Assembly: GCA_031409275.1 (NCBI GenBank)
Contig: JANNXA010000033.1
Location: forward strand, 96,001-160,000
Direction of reading: 5' to 3'
Source of the DNA: Planctomycetota bacterium
GTDB lineage: Bacteria > Planctomycetota > B15-G4 > SIAN01
Length of the DNA: 64,000 nt
A program made the translations under genes and the position numbers. Positions 38,545-47,895 of this stretch are shown here, piece by piece. Numbering within the stretch: position 1 is the first letter of the stretch; the number at the start of each line of letters is the position of its first letter. A model generated the notes under the pieces. It ran no database searches, was not told the origin of the DNA, and saw only the letters and a program-made list of their open reading frames with translations.

Positions 38545-40206
38545 TCAAAAGCGCCAGGTGAGCCCGAGGTCGAGCGACAGCGTGTCGATCGAGTCGCCGA
38601 GGCTCTTGGCGACGCGCGTCCACAACAGCGACTTCGCGCCGAGCTGCTGCGTCAGGAACAACGACGCCGTATGGCTGAAGTACGCGTCGCCGCCGTCGAT
38701 CTCGAGCGTGGTCGCGTCGTAGCCAAGCCGCAACGAAGTGGCTGCGGTCGGAGTCCAGGTGAGACCTCCGCTGCCGCCGAAGCCCGACTGATCGAGGCCG
38801 ACGAGGTTGAACAGGGCGAGATCGCCGCCGATCGTCTCCCAGCCAAACAGCTTCGAATCGCGGGAGCGCAAGGTGACCTGCAGAGCGCTTGGAGTGCCGT
38901 CGCCCATCACTTCGGCGACCTCCTGCTCGAGCGCGAGACCGGACTTCCATGTCTCGACGGCGGCAAGGGCCGCGCGCGTGCGACCACGCCCATACAGAGC
39001 GTCGTCGGCAGCGATCTGGCGCAGCGAATCGGTGTCGGGGTTCTCGTAGTGCGACCAGGTGGCGCGCAGGCCGAAGGGTTCGCTTGCTTGCCAGAAACCG
39101 CTGGCGTGCAGCCGCGTGAGACCGGCGCCCGAGCGGCGCGCCTCGTTGCCGTCGTAGACGTCGACCTGCGCGGAGGTGCGCAGCCAGTGGCCGCCTCTGA
39201 AGTTGGCGCTGACTTCGCCAAGCAGCGCGTGCTGATCGGCACTTCCTTGGAACCAGCTCGCCATGGCGCCGCCGGTCGCGGCGAGGCGCGAGCCGCCGCT
39301 GCCGCGATGCTCGAGCGCGCCCCAGCCCGCGAGGACGAGCTCATCGCTGCGCGGCGCAAGCTCGTCGCGATCGGGACGGAAGCCGAGCAAGGCACCGACG
39401 CGCGCGCCGTCGCCGACGACCTTCTCGGCATAGCTGCCGTCGATGCGGCCGATGCCGGGCAGCGCCTGCGGGAGGAAGCGGCCGATGCCGAGGACGCTGC
39501 CGTCCTCGAAATGGCGGCGCAACACCAACGTGTCGGCGCGCAGCCGCCACTCGTCCTGCTTGGGATCGCCGTCGTAGCCATCCCCGCTGCGCCGATTCAC
39601 GTCGAAGCGGAACTGCAGTGACCACGGATCGCCGCCGAGGCGCTCGACATCGCCGCTGGCGAAGAGGCGCAGGTTGGCGTAGTCGCGACCGTTCTCCGCG
39701 TCGTGCAGCCATCCGCTGGTGAGGCCGGTGGTGCCGTGGAAGAAGTTGCCGCGCGTCGTCGTTCCCGCCGCGACGGAGGGCGCCAGCAACGGCCGGAACG
39801 GCGCGTTCGGGTCGGTGCGTTCGCCGGTCGCTGGCGCGCGCGGGGTCGTCTCGCTCGGCGGTGCCAGGCCGCGCAGCACGGCGCGATCGCCGGCCTTCAC
39901 GACCACTCCCGGCTCGGTCGACACGAACGCCGCGAAGCACGACGTCGCGCTGACGTGCCGCACTTCGAACTCGGCGAGCACGCGACCGTCGCGCTCGATG
40001 CTCCCGCGCGTGCCAGCGACGACGCCAGCATCGCTGCCTGCCCCGAGATAGACGCCGTCGGCGGCGACCTGGGTGACCGTTGCTTCAACGTCACGAGCGA
40101 CGTCGCGCGCGCTGCGATGGGCGACCTCCTGAGCCGCCGCGTTGCCGGCCGCGGCCGAGCCGAGCAGCGCGAGGAGCGTCGCCGCGATGCGGTGTGCCGC
40201 GTTCAT
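38545..40206 (-). CDS. Outer-membrane beta-barrel protein with N-terminal soluble domain
   Basis: Signal peptide, alternating amphipathic strands, C-terminal LDLGLTWRF (BAM-type terminal Phe), ATGA overlap with the upstream cytochrome. Confidence 0.75.
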   Translation of the reverse strand: MNAAHRIAATLLALLGSAAAGNAAAQEVAHRSARDVARDVEATVTQVAADGVYLGAGSDAGVVAGTRGSIERDGRVLAEFEVRHVSATSCFAAFVSTEPGVVVKAGDRAVLRGLAPPSETTPRAPATGERTDPNAPFRPLLAPSVAAGTTTRGNFFHGTTGLTSGWLHDAENGRDYANLRLFASGDVERLGGDPWSLQFRFDVNRRSGDGYDGDPKQDEWRLRADTLVLRRHFEDGSVLGIGRFLPQALPGIGRIDGSYAEKVVGDGARVGALLGFRPDRDELAPRSDELVLAGWGALEHRGSGGSRLAATGGAMASWFQGSADQHALLGEVSANFRGGHWLRTSAQVDVYDGNEARRSGAGLTRLHASGFWQASEPFGLRATWSHYENPDTDSLRQIAADDALYGRGRTRAALAAVETWKSGLALEQEVAEVMGDGTPSALQVTLRSRDSKLFGWETIGGDLALFNLVGLDQSGFGGSGGLTWTPTAATSLRLGYDATTLEIDGGDAYFSHTASLFLTQQLGAKSLLWTRVAKSLGDSIDTLSLDLGLTWRF

Positions 40207-41498
40207 TCGCGGCCATCCGGATGGCAGGAGAAGCACGCCGGGCTGCTCCAGCTGTAGCCGTTCACCCCTTGATGTTCGGAGTCCATCTTCGACTTGCGGT
40301 GCTCGTGGCAGTCGATGCAGGAGAACGCGGGGTAGTTGCCGGTCGTGTGGCAGTCGGCGCAACCGAGCCCACCGTGATTTCCGCTGAGGGGGAAGGAGTC
40401 GTGGTCGAACCTGCCATCGCCCCAAGTGGCCGGCGTGTGGCACTGCTCGCAGTTGGTGCCGAATCCGGCGGCGGCGTGGTCGGGGTTCTGCGTTCCGGCG
40501 TAGTCGTCGGCGTGACAGCTGTAGCAGTCGCGCGGCGTTCCGGCGTAGATGCCGTTCCCGTGGCATGCGCTGCACGCGAGCGACGCGTGCTGACCCTGCA
40601 GCGGGAAGGTGGTGTGGAGGAAGCCGCCCGCGCCCCAGCCGATGGGCGTGTGGCACTGCTCGCAGCTCGTTCCAAAGCCACTCGACGAGTGCGGCGGGTT
40701 CTGGGTGCCGGCGTAGTCGTTGACATGGCAGCTGTAGCAGTCGCGCGGCGTGCCGGCGAACACGCCACCCACGTGGCAGTCGGAACAGTCGACCGAGCGA
40801 TGCTGGCCGAGCAGCGCGAAGGTGGTGTGGTTGAAGTGCGCCGCGTTCCATGCGGTGGCCGAGTGGCAGCGCTGGCAGTCGTCGCGATAGCCGAGCGCGA
40901 GGTGGTCGGGACTGGTCGCGCGCGCGAGATCGTCCTGATGGCACGCGGCGCACTCGAGCGGCGCGCCGACGAAGCGGCCGACGCGCGACTGTTCATGGCA
41001 GCGATCGCAGGCGGCGGCGAGGTGAGCACCCGCCAGCGGGAAGCGCGTCTTCGCATGCTCGGCGATCAGGCCGGTTGGCTGCCATTGCTGCTGCGAGTGG
41101 CATTGCGTGCAGTCGTTGCCGAGCGTGCTGTCGTGCGGGTCAAGGTGGCAGCCACCGCAGCCGCGCACCGCGAACTCGCGCACCGGGCCGCGGTCGTTGT
41201 GGCAGCGCAGGCAGCTGGCGGTCGCGTGCGCTCCTTCGAGCGCGAGGCCCGTTTGCGCGGCGTGGTCGAAGGTGAAGTCGCTCTTCAGCACGTCCCAGCG
41301 TTCTGGCAGGTGGCAGAGCGAGCAGTCGGTCGGAAAGGTGCGATGGGGGACGAGCGGGCCGAAGCGCCCCTCGTCCCAGCTCTGCCTTGGCGCCGAGGTG
41401 AGTGCGTAGCACGCCGCCAGCAGCGAGACGCCGGCGAGCGCGAGGAGGGCGCGGCGTCGCGCAGCACGCAACGGGTCAGCGTCCGGTGTGGCAGTCAC
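40203..41498 (-). CDS. 16-heme c-type cytochrome, probable lipoprotein
   Basis: 16 CxxCH counted. N-terminus RRRALLALAGVSLLAAC resembles a lipobox. There is no ATG; candidate starts are TTG 41507, GTG 41498 and TTG 41471. Confidence 0.9.
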   Translation of the reverse strand: MTATPDADPLRAARRRALLALAGVSLLAACYALTSAPRQSWDEGRFGPLVPHRTFPTDCSLCHLPERWDVLKSDFTFDHAAQTGLALEGAHATASCLRCHNDRGPVREFAVRGCGGCHLDPHDSTLGNDCTQCHSQQQWQPTGLIAEHAKTRFPLAGAHLAAACDRCHEQSRVGRFVGAPLECAACHQDDLARATSPDHLALGYRDDCQRCHSATAWNAAHFNHTTFALLGQHRSVDCSDCHVGGVFAGTPRDCYSCHVNDYAGTQNPPHSSSGFGTSCEQCHTPIGWGAGGFLHTTFPLQGQHASLACSACHGNGIYAGTPRDCYSCHADDYAGTQNPDHAAAGFGTNCEQCHTPATWGDGRFDHDSFPLSGNHGGLGCADCHTTGNYPAFSCIDCHEHRKSKMDSEHQGVNGYSWSSPACFSCHPDGRE

Positions 41499-43380
41499 GA
41501 CATTCAACTCCGAGCGGAACGTAGTGGATCATCACGCGATCATCGGAGCGTCCACCCGCGACCTTCACCGGCGAATGGCAGGCCGAGCACGCGAGCCGCG
41601 CGTGCACGCCATCGAGCGCGAATCGCGAGTCGCGTTGGTGGTCGAACGTCACCGGAAGCCACCGCTCGTCGGACTGGTGGCAACGGTTGCAATCGTCGCC
41701 CTTGCGCGTGAGCTGGCCTCCGTGCGGATCGGCGTGGCAGCTCTTGCAATCGCGCGGCGTGCCGGCGAATGCCCGAACCGCGGTGTCGTTCGCGCGGTGG
41801 CAATCGTTGCACGCGACGGCGAGGTGCGCACCGGTGAGCGCTGGTTGATGGCGCTGCGCGGTGAAGGTCGATGGCGCGAAATGACGCTCGTCGTGGCAGC
41901 TCGCGCAGCCCCCCGGCCGCGTGCGGAACTGCCCGCCGTGCACGTCGACGTGGCATTGGTCGCAAGCCGTTGGCGTCGCGCGGAAGCGCACGGGCGCACC
42001 CGGTTCGGGTGCACGATGGCACCCATCGCACCCCACGTTGGCATGGGCGCCGAGAAGCTCGGGATGGCGCGCCGCGAAGTCGAAGCGCGACGGCGTGAAG
42101 CGCGACTCGTCGTGGCACGCCTCGCACCCGTCGCCGCGCGCGGCGAACTGGCCACCATGCGGATCGACGTGGCACGCGCTGCAGGTGGTGGGGGTGGCGA
42201 CGAAACGCGCCGGAGCACCTGGTGTCGGCGGCTGATGGCATCGTTCGCAGGCCGCGTCCGCGTGACGAGCGCGCAACGGCGGCGCGTGCGCCGCCGCGGT
42301 GATTCGCGACGGAACGAAGTGGGTCGCGTGGCACTCCGCGCAATCGGATTCACGGGCGCCGAACTGGCCACCGTGCGGCGACTCGTGGCAGGTAGTGCAA
42401 TCGGACGACGCACGTCCGGGGAATCGCTTCGCGAACGGAACCGCCGGATCGTGGCAGGCGCGGCACTCGCGATCGGCATGCGGCGGCGTCAGCGCGAATC
42501 CGAGTTTCGCATGCTCGTCCACGGTGACGCGAGCCGACGCGGCGGCGAAGACGAGGTCGCTCGCATCGTGGCAGGTGGTGCAGCGACCGGCTGGCAGCGC
42601 GCGGTGCGGCGTCGCATGGCACTGCTCGCACGTCGTGCCTCGCACCACGGCGAAGTCGAGTGGGGCGCTGCGCACCATCGTCGCGTCGATCACCGTCGCC
42701 GCCGGTACGACCGCGGATGGATGGCACTTCGCGCAGCTCACCTGCGCGTGAGCTCCAAGCAGGGGAAAGTGCTGCGCATGCTCGAACGCCGCGGCCGGCT
42801 TGAAGCTCTCCTGCCCATGGCAAGCGCCGCAGTCATTGCTCATCGCGTCGCCGTGCGGGTCGTCGTGGCAGCTCGCGCACGCCTGCGTGAGCCCGAGGTA
42901 GGTGCGTCGCGTCGAAGCGATCGCGAGGCGATCAGCGGTCCCGTCGGGCAGCATCGCGACGTGACAGCGCGCGCAGTCGAGCGGCTGGTGGGCGCCGGTC
43001 AGCTTGAAGTCGAGGTGGCGGTGGGCATTCGCCGACGCGGATCCCTCGCCCCAGGAGTGCTCATGGACCAGCGGGAAGTCGGCACCCCAGTGCTCGCCGT
43101 GGCATCCGCCGCAATCGAGCGGCCGCTCGGCGGCGAGTGAGCCGTGCCAACCGGTGCCGCTCGACAACTGCGCGGCGATCTCGGCGTGGCAGGAGGTGCA
43201 GCCATCGACCGCGCCGACGTGCGCGTGGCATCGTTCGCAACCGTCGAGTCCATGCAACTCGGGCAAGGCAGCGTGAACCGCGGAGAGATCGCCGGGGCTA
43301 GGCGCCACGCGGGCGAGGTTGATGGCCAGCGCAAGGACGGTGAGGCCAAGGAGCGTGAAGACGATGGCACGCGCGCTCAT
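41476..43380 (-). CDS. 23-heme c-type cytochrome
   Basis: 23 CxxCH counted, N-terminal signal/anchor followed by SPGDLSAVHA, GAGGTGG RBS and ATGA overlap with the upstream gene. Confidence 0.92.
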   Translation of the reverse strand: MSARAIVFTLLGLTVLALAINLARVAPSPGDLSAVHAALPELHGLDGCERCHAHVGAVDGCTSCHAEIAAQLSSGTGWHGSLAAERPLDCGGCHGEHWGADFPLVHEHSWGEGSASANAHRHLDFKLTGAHQPLDCARCHVAMLPDGTADRLAIASTRRTYLGLTQACASCHDDPHGDAMSNDCGACHGQESFKPAAAFEHAQHFPLLGAHAQVSCAKCHPSAVVPAATVIDATMVRSAPLDFAVVRGTTCEQCHATPHRALPAGRCTTCHDASDLVFAAASARVTVDEHAKLGFALTPPHADRECRACHDPAVPFAKRFPGRASSDCTTCHESPHGGQFGARESDCAECHATHFVPSRITAAAHAPPLRARHADAACERCHQPPTPGAPARFVATPTTCSACHVDPHGGQFAARGDGCEACHDESRFTPSRFDFAARHPELLGAHANVGCDGCHRAPEPGAPVRFRATPTACDQCHVDVHGGQFRTRPGGCASCHDERHFAPSTFTAQRHQPALTGAHLAVACNDCHRANDTAVRAFAGTPRDCKSCHADPHGGQLTRKGDDCNRCHQSDERWLPVTFDHQRDSRFALDGVHARLACSACHSPVKVAGGRSDDRVMIHYVPLGVECRDCHTGR

Positions 43381-44333
43381 CGCCACCACCTCGAGAAGTC
43401 GAGCGAGCCCCAGCGCACCGCGAGTGCGATGTGGCAGATCGCCGTCCCCACCATCACCAGAGCCAGCCAGCGGTGGAGGAAGCGCCACGAAGCCATCAGG
43501 GCCGAGAGGTCACGCAGGCGCGCCAGTCGCTGCGCCTCGCGCAGGATCGTGGCCAGCAGCGGCTCGATGCGGCGCCGCACGGCCGGGTCGGGTGACCGTT
43601 CACGCAACAGCTCGCGGTAGCGCGCATGGGCGGCGCGCGCGTTCGCGTCGCCGAAGAGGACGCCGAAGAGCGCGCGCAGGCGCGACGGCGAGCCCTGCGT
43701 CTCCGCCGGAAGCAGCTCGAGCGGCGGCAGACCGAGACCCGTGAGCTGGGTACGAAGCTGCGTGAAGCGGGAATGGGCCTCGTCCAGCGAAAGCTCGCGC
43801 CCCTCGCGCGTGCGGGGCAGCTGGGCGAGGACGTAGCGGCCGATGATGCCGGTCGCGAGCACCACGCCGAGCGCCACGCTCGCGACCGTGGCGGAGGCGC
43901 TGCGCAGGTGACCGGCCGCGTGCACCAGCACGCAGCCTCCCGCGAGTAGCCCCGATACGACATGGAGGTCCATCCAGCCGCGCAGGCCGCCGAGCCGCGT
44001 GCTGGCGACGAGGCGTCGACGCACGAGGTAGGCGAGGTTGATCCCCATCAGTGCGACCGCGGCGACTCCAAGCGCGAGGCCGACGTCGCCGCTCGATCGC
44101 AGGCGCGGGTGGCGCGGATCGAGGGCTTGTGCGGTCAGGGGCGCCGTGTAGTAGCTGCATTCCGTGCACAGGAGTTGCACGAGGAAGCCGATGCCCGCCA
44201 GCAGTGCCAGCGGCGCCCACCAGGCGGTGCGCAGTCGATTCGCTGGATCGTTCTGCTGGATCACCGGGTCACGAACTCCGCCGCGCCGTCCAGGAAGTGG
44301 AATGGGCGTCGGACGGACGGACGCCGCGTTCAC
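43377..44333 (-). CDS. Inner-membrane protein, ferric-reductase-like/cytochrome b transmembrane domain
   Basis: About 5 TM helices with two His pairs spaced 14 residues apart (WMDLHVVSGLLAGGCVLVH; WRFLHRWLALVMVGTAICH). Start uncertain. Confidence 0.75.
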   Translation of the reverse strand: MNAASVRPTPIPLPGRRGGVRDPVIQQNDPANRLRTAWWAPLALLAGIGFLVQLLCTECSYYTAPLTAQALDPRHPRLRSSGDVGLALGVAAVALMGINLAYLVRRRLVASTRLGGLRGWMDLHVVSGLLAGGCVLVHAAGHLRSASATVASVALGVVLATGIIGRYVLAQLPRTREGRELSLDEAHSRFTQLRTQLTGLGLPPLELLPAETQGSPSRLRALFGVLFGDANARAAHARYRELLRERSPDPAVRRRIEPLLATILREAQRLARLRDLSALMASWRFLHRWLALVMVGTAICHIALAVRWGSLDFSRWWR

Positions 44334-44396
44334 CCCCGATCATCGATCGATGGCGAACGCGCGCCGATCAACGCAGTCGGCGTACCAACCGCTCGG

Positions 44397-47300
44397 TCAG
44401 CGGCCGGGGGTGAACTCGCGCAGGCGCAGCTGGCGCAGTTCGACGCGACTGCCATCGCCGAGCACGAATCCGAACGTCCCGTTGCGGCGACCGTCGTGGT
44501 CCTCCGTGTCGACCGTGACGGAACCATTCAGCTGGACGGTCAGGCGCGGGCCGACGGCGGTGACGAGGAAGTGGTTCCAGCCGGTGCGATCCGGCAACGG
44601 CCACCAGATCTCTTCGCGCGGTTGCACGAGGACGCCGCGACCCTCGGGCTCGGTCAGGCGGCCCCAGGCCGAACCTCCGGCATAGGTGGCGTAGGAGAGC
44701 GGCGCGCGCGAGTCGACTCCGTCACGGAGCGGCTCGGCCTGGCGGAACAGGAATCCGAGCGATTGGGTCGGAGATCCAAGTCGCGCCTCGAACTCGAACG
44801 CGAAGTCGCCGACCGTCGGCGCTAGCCCCGTCCAGCCGTTGACGTCGTTGTCGGCGGCGACGAGCACTCCGTCGACCAGGCTCCATCCTTGCGGCACCTG
44901 TGGCGCGATTCCGTCGAGGAAGGGCCGCCAGCTCGGCTGTGCCGCCGCCGGCTCGATCGTCGGCGCCAGCAGCCACGCGGCGAGATCGCTGATCTGCTCC
45001 AACGAAAGGGCATCCGCGAGCCCTTCGGGCATGATCGACTTGGTGGCCGGCTTGCGCTTCTCGATCTGCGCGGCGAGCACCTCGACCTGCTTGCCGGTCG
45101 CATCGACCAGCACGACCCGTTTGTCGTCGGCGATCAACGGCAGGCCCGAGATCACGTCTCCGTTCTTGAGGAAGACGTTCTCGCCGCGGTACTGATCGGA
45201 GATCGTGCGCGAGGGCGTGACCATCGACTCGAGCAGGTCGCGGGCGCCGAAACGCGAACCGATGGTGGTGAGATCGGGGCCCACCGCGACGCCGAAGTCG
45301 CCGCGCTTGTGGCACTTGGCGCAGAGCTGCTGGTAGAGCAGCGCGCCGTCAGGCGGCGAGCGGTGCGGGGCGTGCAACGTGCGCTCGACGAAAGTGAGGA
45401 CGCGATCGAACTCGCGCGGCTCCGCGGCGGAGGCGGGCGCGGCCGGTGCCGACGCCGCCGCCTTGATCCGCTCGGCCGCCTCCTGATCGAGCGCCGTCCG
45501 CTCGCTGTCACTGAGTCCGACGTCCGCATCGTCGCGGATGTTGGTCAGGTAACCGACGTAGCTCATGCCGCCGGAGTTGGCGCGGATCGCCTCATCGAGC
45601 CAACGGTGCAGTTCGACGCGCGCGCCTGCGGGCCACCCCTCCTTCACGCAGCGCAGCGCATCGGCGTAGAGGATCTTCTGCTCGCGCGACGGCTCGAGGA
45701 CGAAGGTGCGCCACAGCAGTTCGGCCGCGCCTTTCGGGGCGGCATTCGCGATCAGCTGGGCCCAGTCGCGATTCGCGGCCGGATCGACGCATGGGAAGCC
45801 GGTGAGGAGTTGCTCGCCGGCGAACTTGGCGTCAGGCGCGGCGATCCGCCAGAGCTGCAGCGCGCGCAGCACGGCGTGACGGAGCTCGCGCGGCGATTCG
45901 CTGTCGAGCGAGCCCAGCAGCACGACGCCGAGCTGCAGCACGACGGCGGCATCGGTGTCGTCGACCGGCGCGCGTCCGACCAGCCGCATGCGCGCCAGCG
46001 CGATCATGCTCTCGGCCTGCGCCATGGGCGACTTCGCCGCGGCGAGGGTCGCGGCCACTTCGCCGGCGGGTCGCCGCTCGAGTTCGCGCGCGGCGAGGAA
46101 GCGCCGGAAGCGGTCGGGCGAGGCGAGTTCGGTCGCAAGCGCGGCGACGGGTGCGCTGTGCAGTTTCTGAGCCAGGCTGGTGGCGGTGTCGCGGTCGGCA
46201 GCGGGAGCGACGGCCGGGGTCGCGGCAACGGGCAGCTCGCTCGCCGCAGGATCGACGCAACGCAGACGGTGGACGCCGCCGACCGTGCCACGACCGCCGA
46301 CCGCGAAGAGGAGCGAACCATCCGCGTCCATCGCGAGGTCGGTGACATTCAGCGGGTGACCGCGCAGGAGGACATCCGTGCTGGCGGTGTAGCTCACGCC
46401 GCGCGGCGTCGCGCGGAAGGCGTAGATCACTCCCAGCGACCAGTCTCCGGCGAGAAGAGCGCCCTGGAAGCGTCGCGGAAACTGCGTGCCCGTGACCAGG
46501 CACATGCCCGTCGGCGAACCGCGACCCGCTTCGACCGCGGGCGGCAACGAATCGGCGGCCACGTTCGGCCACACGCTCGAACCGGTCCTCCAGCCGTATT
46601 CACCGCCCGGCACGACGTGGACGATGCGGACCGGTCGGTACCACGGCAGCCCGACGTCCCACTCCATGTCGGAGTCGAAGGTGAAGAGCTCGCCACGCGC
46701 GTCGAACGCGAGGTCGTAGTGGTTGCGGAAGCCGGCGGCGAAGAGTTCGCAGCGGCCGCTCTCCGGTTCGACGCGAAGGATGATGCCGCCGGGTGCCTTG
46801 CACTCGGTGGCGTGGCCACGCGGATCGAGATAGGTCGGCAGCAGATGCCCTTCGTAGGTGATCGAGTAGGGCGATCCCGCCGCGGGTGGCTGGCCGAGGC
46901 GCGCGTGGTTGCCGACGGCGATGTAGAGCGCGCCGTCGGGGCCGGGCACGATCGCATGCGGGCCGTGCTCGCCGAGGTCGCCATCGAGAGCGACGACCTT
47001 GATCGGCGCGGTCGCACCTTCGGGGAGGCGATAGAGGCCGTGGCCGTTGGGCCCGGCTCCGGTGAACCAGGTCGTGCCGTCCTGCCAGTACATCCCCTGG
47101 CAGCCTTGGATCGCGGCCGTGAACGGCGTGATCTCCTCGGCGCGTCCATCGCCATCGGCATCGACGAGCGAGAAGATCGGCCCGCCCTCGACGTTCGCCA
47201 GCAGTCGCCGCGGACCCGCGGTGGTCAGCGCGACGACGGAGCCGAAGCCGTCGGCGACCGTCTCGATCACGAAGCCGGGCAGCGGATCGAAGCTCGGAGC

Positions 47301-47876
47301 CGGCGGGGCGTGGAGTTCACCCCACGGAGCGGCGCCGTAGGGGGCGACGACGCGCGCGCGCGCCGCGTCGGCCGCCATCGGCGCGCTGGCGGTGTCGGGG
47401 TCATACGGACGGCAGAGCCACGCCTCGTCGGACACCACGACCGGGCGGGTGCCGTCGGCACAGCGGACCTCGACGGCCAGCAAGAAGCCGGCGGGACCGC
47501 CCTCGTTGGCGACGCGCGCGACGAACTCGTTGCGGCCGCGGCGCAGCAGCTCCGTGACGTCGAGCGTCGTCAAGCGCGACCAGTCGTCGCCACGTCCAGC
47601 GACGGTCCCATTCACGCTCAGCCGAAAGCGGTTGTCGCTCGAGACGGCGACCAGCGCGCGCGTCGGCTCGGAGCCGAGCTCGAACGTGCGCGTGAGGAGC
47701 CACTCGTCCTTGCCGTCCGCGGTGGCCTTTGCATCGCCCCAGATCCAGCGTGCTTGCGCGAGTGGTGCGTTCTGGCCGGTGAGTCGCGTTGCGACGCCGA
47801 GCAGCGCGAGTGCGGTCAGCACGTGGACGAAGGCGGCGTGGTGGCGTCGGGGCGAACGGTGGAGGTGCGTTTCCAT
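44397..47876 (-). CDS. PVC-type heme-binding membrane-bound dehydrogenase-like protein (sugar-binding domain + sorbosone-DH-like propeller + helical repeats + cytochrome c + DUF1080-like domain)
   Basis: EHGPHAIVPGPDG, GFRNHYDLAF, DSDMEWDVGLPWYRP, GRGSPTG, CAKCH...VGPDLT...SIMPEGL, C-terminal GWNHF...VQLNG. Confidence 0.88.
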   Translation of the reverse strand: METHLHRSPRRHHAAFVHVLTALALLGVATRLTGQNAPLAQARWIWGDAKATADGKDEWLLTRTFELGSEPTRALVAVSSDNRFRLSVNGTVAGRGDDWSRLTTLDVTELLRRGRNEFVARVANEGGPAGFLLAVEVRCADGTRPVVVSDEAWLCRPYDPDTASAPMAADAARARVVAPYGAAPWGELHAPPAPSFDPLPGFVIETVADGFGSVVALTTAGPRRLLANVEGGPIFSLVDADGDGRAEEITPFTAAIQGCQGMYWQDGTTWFTGAGPNGHGLYRLPEGATAPIKVVALDGDLGEHGPHAIVPGPDGALYIAVGNHARLGQPPAAGSPYSITYEGHLLPTYLDPRGHATECKAPGGIILRVEPESGRCELFAAGFRNHYDLAFDARGELFTFDSDMEWDVGLPWYRPVRIVHVVPGGEYGWRTGSSVWPNVAADSLPPAVEAGRGSPTGMCLVTGTQFPRRFQGALLAGDWSLGVIYAFRATPRGVSYTASTDVLLRGHPLNVTDLAMDADGSLLFAVGGRGTVGGVHRLRCVDPAASELPVAATPAVAPAADRDTATSLAQKLHSAPVAALATELASPDRFRRFLAARELERRPAGEVAATLAAAKSPMAQAESMIALARMRLVGRAPVDDTDAAVVLQLGVVLLGSLDSESPRELRHAVLRALQLWRIAAPDAKFAGEQLLTGFPCVDPAANRDWAQLIANAAPKGAAELLWRTFVLEPSREQKILYADALRCVKEGWPAGARVELHRWLDEAIRANSGGMSYVGYLTNIRDDADVGLSDSERTALDQEAAERIKAAASAPAAPASAAEPREFDRVLTFVERTLHAPHRSPPDGALLYQQLCAKCHKRGDFGVAVGPDLTTIGSRFGARDLLESMVTPSRTISDQYRGENVFLKNGDVISGLPLIADDKRVVLVDATGKQVEVLAAQIEKRKPATKSIMPEGLADALSLEQISDLAAWLLAPTIEPAAAQPSWRPFLDGIAPQVPQGWSLVDGVLVAADNDVNGWTGLAPTVGDFAFEFEARLGSPTQSLGFLFRQAEPLRDGVDSRAPLSYATYAGGSAWGRLTEPEGRGVLVQPREEIWWPLPDRTGWNHFLVTAVGPRLTVQLNGSVTVDTEDHDGRRNGTFGFVLGDGSRVELRQLRLREFTPGR

Positions 47877-47895
47877 GGGGCGCTATCTTGCCGCG

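Noticed and set aside
40400..42400. CRISPR-like or non-coding tandem repeats
   Set aside because: The repeats are degenerate and in-frame, and are explained by cytochrome heme modules.
44341..44352. Palindrome CATCGATCGATG upstream of the multiheme operon as an operator; FNR box search
   Set aside because: CGATCG-type words are very common in this sequence, and I found no TTGAT-N4-ATCAA here or before narK.
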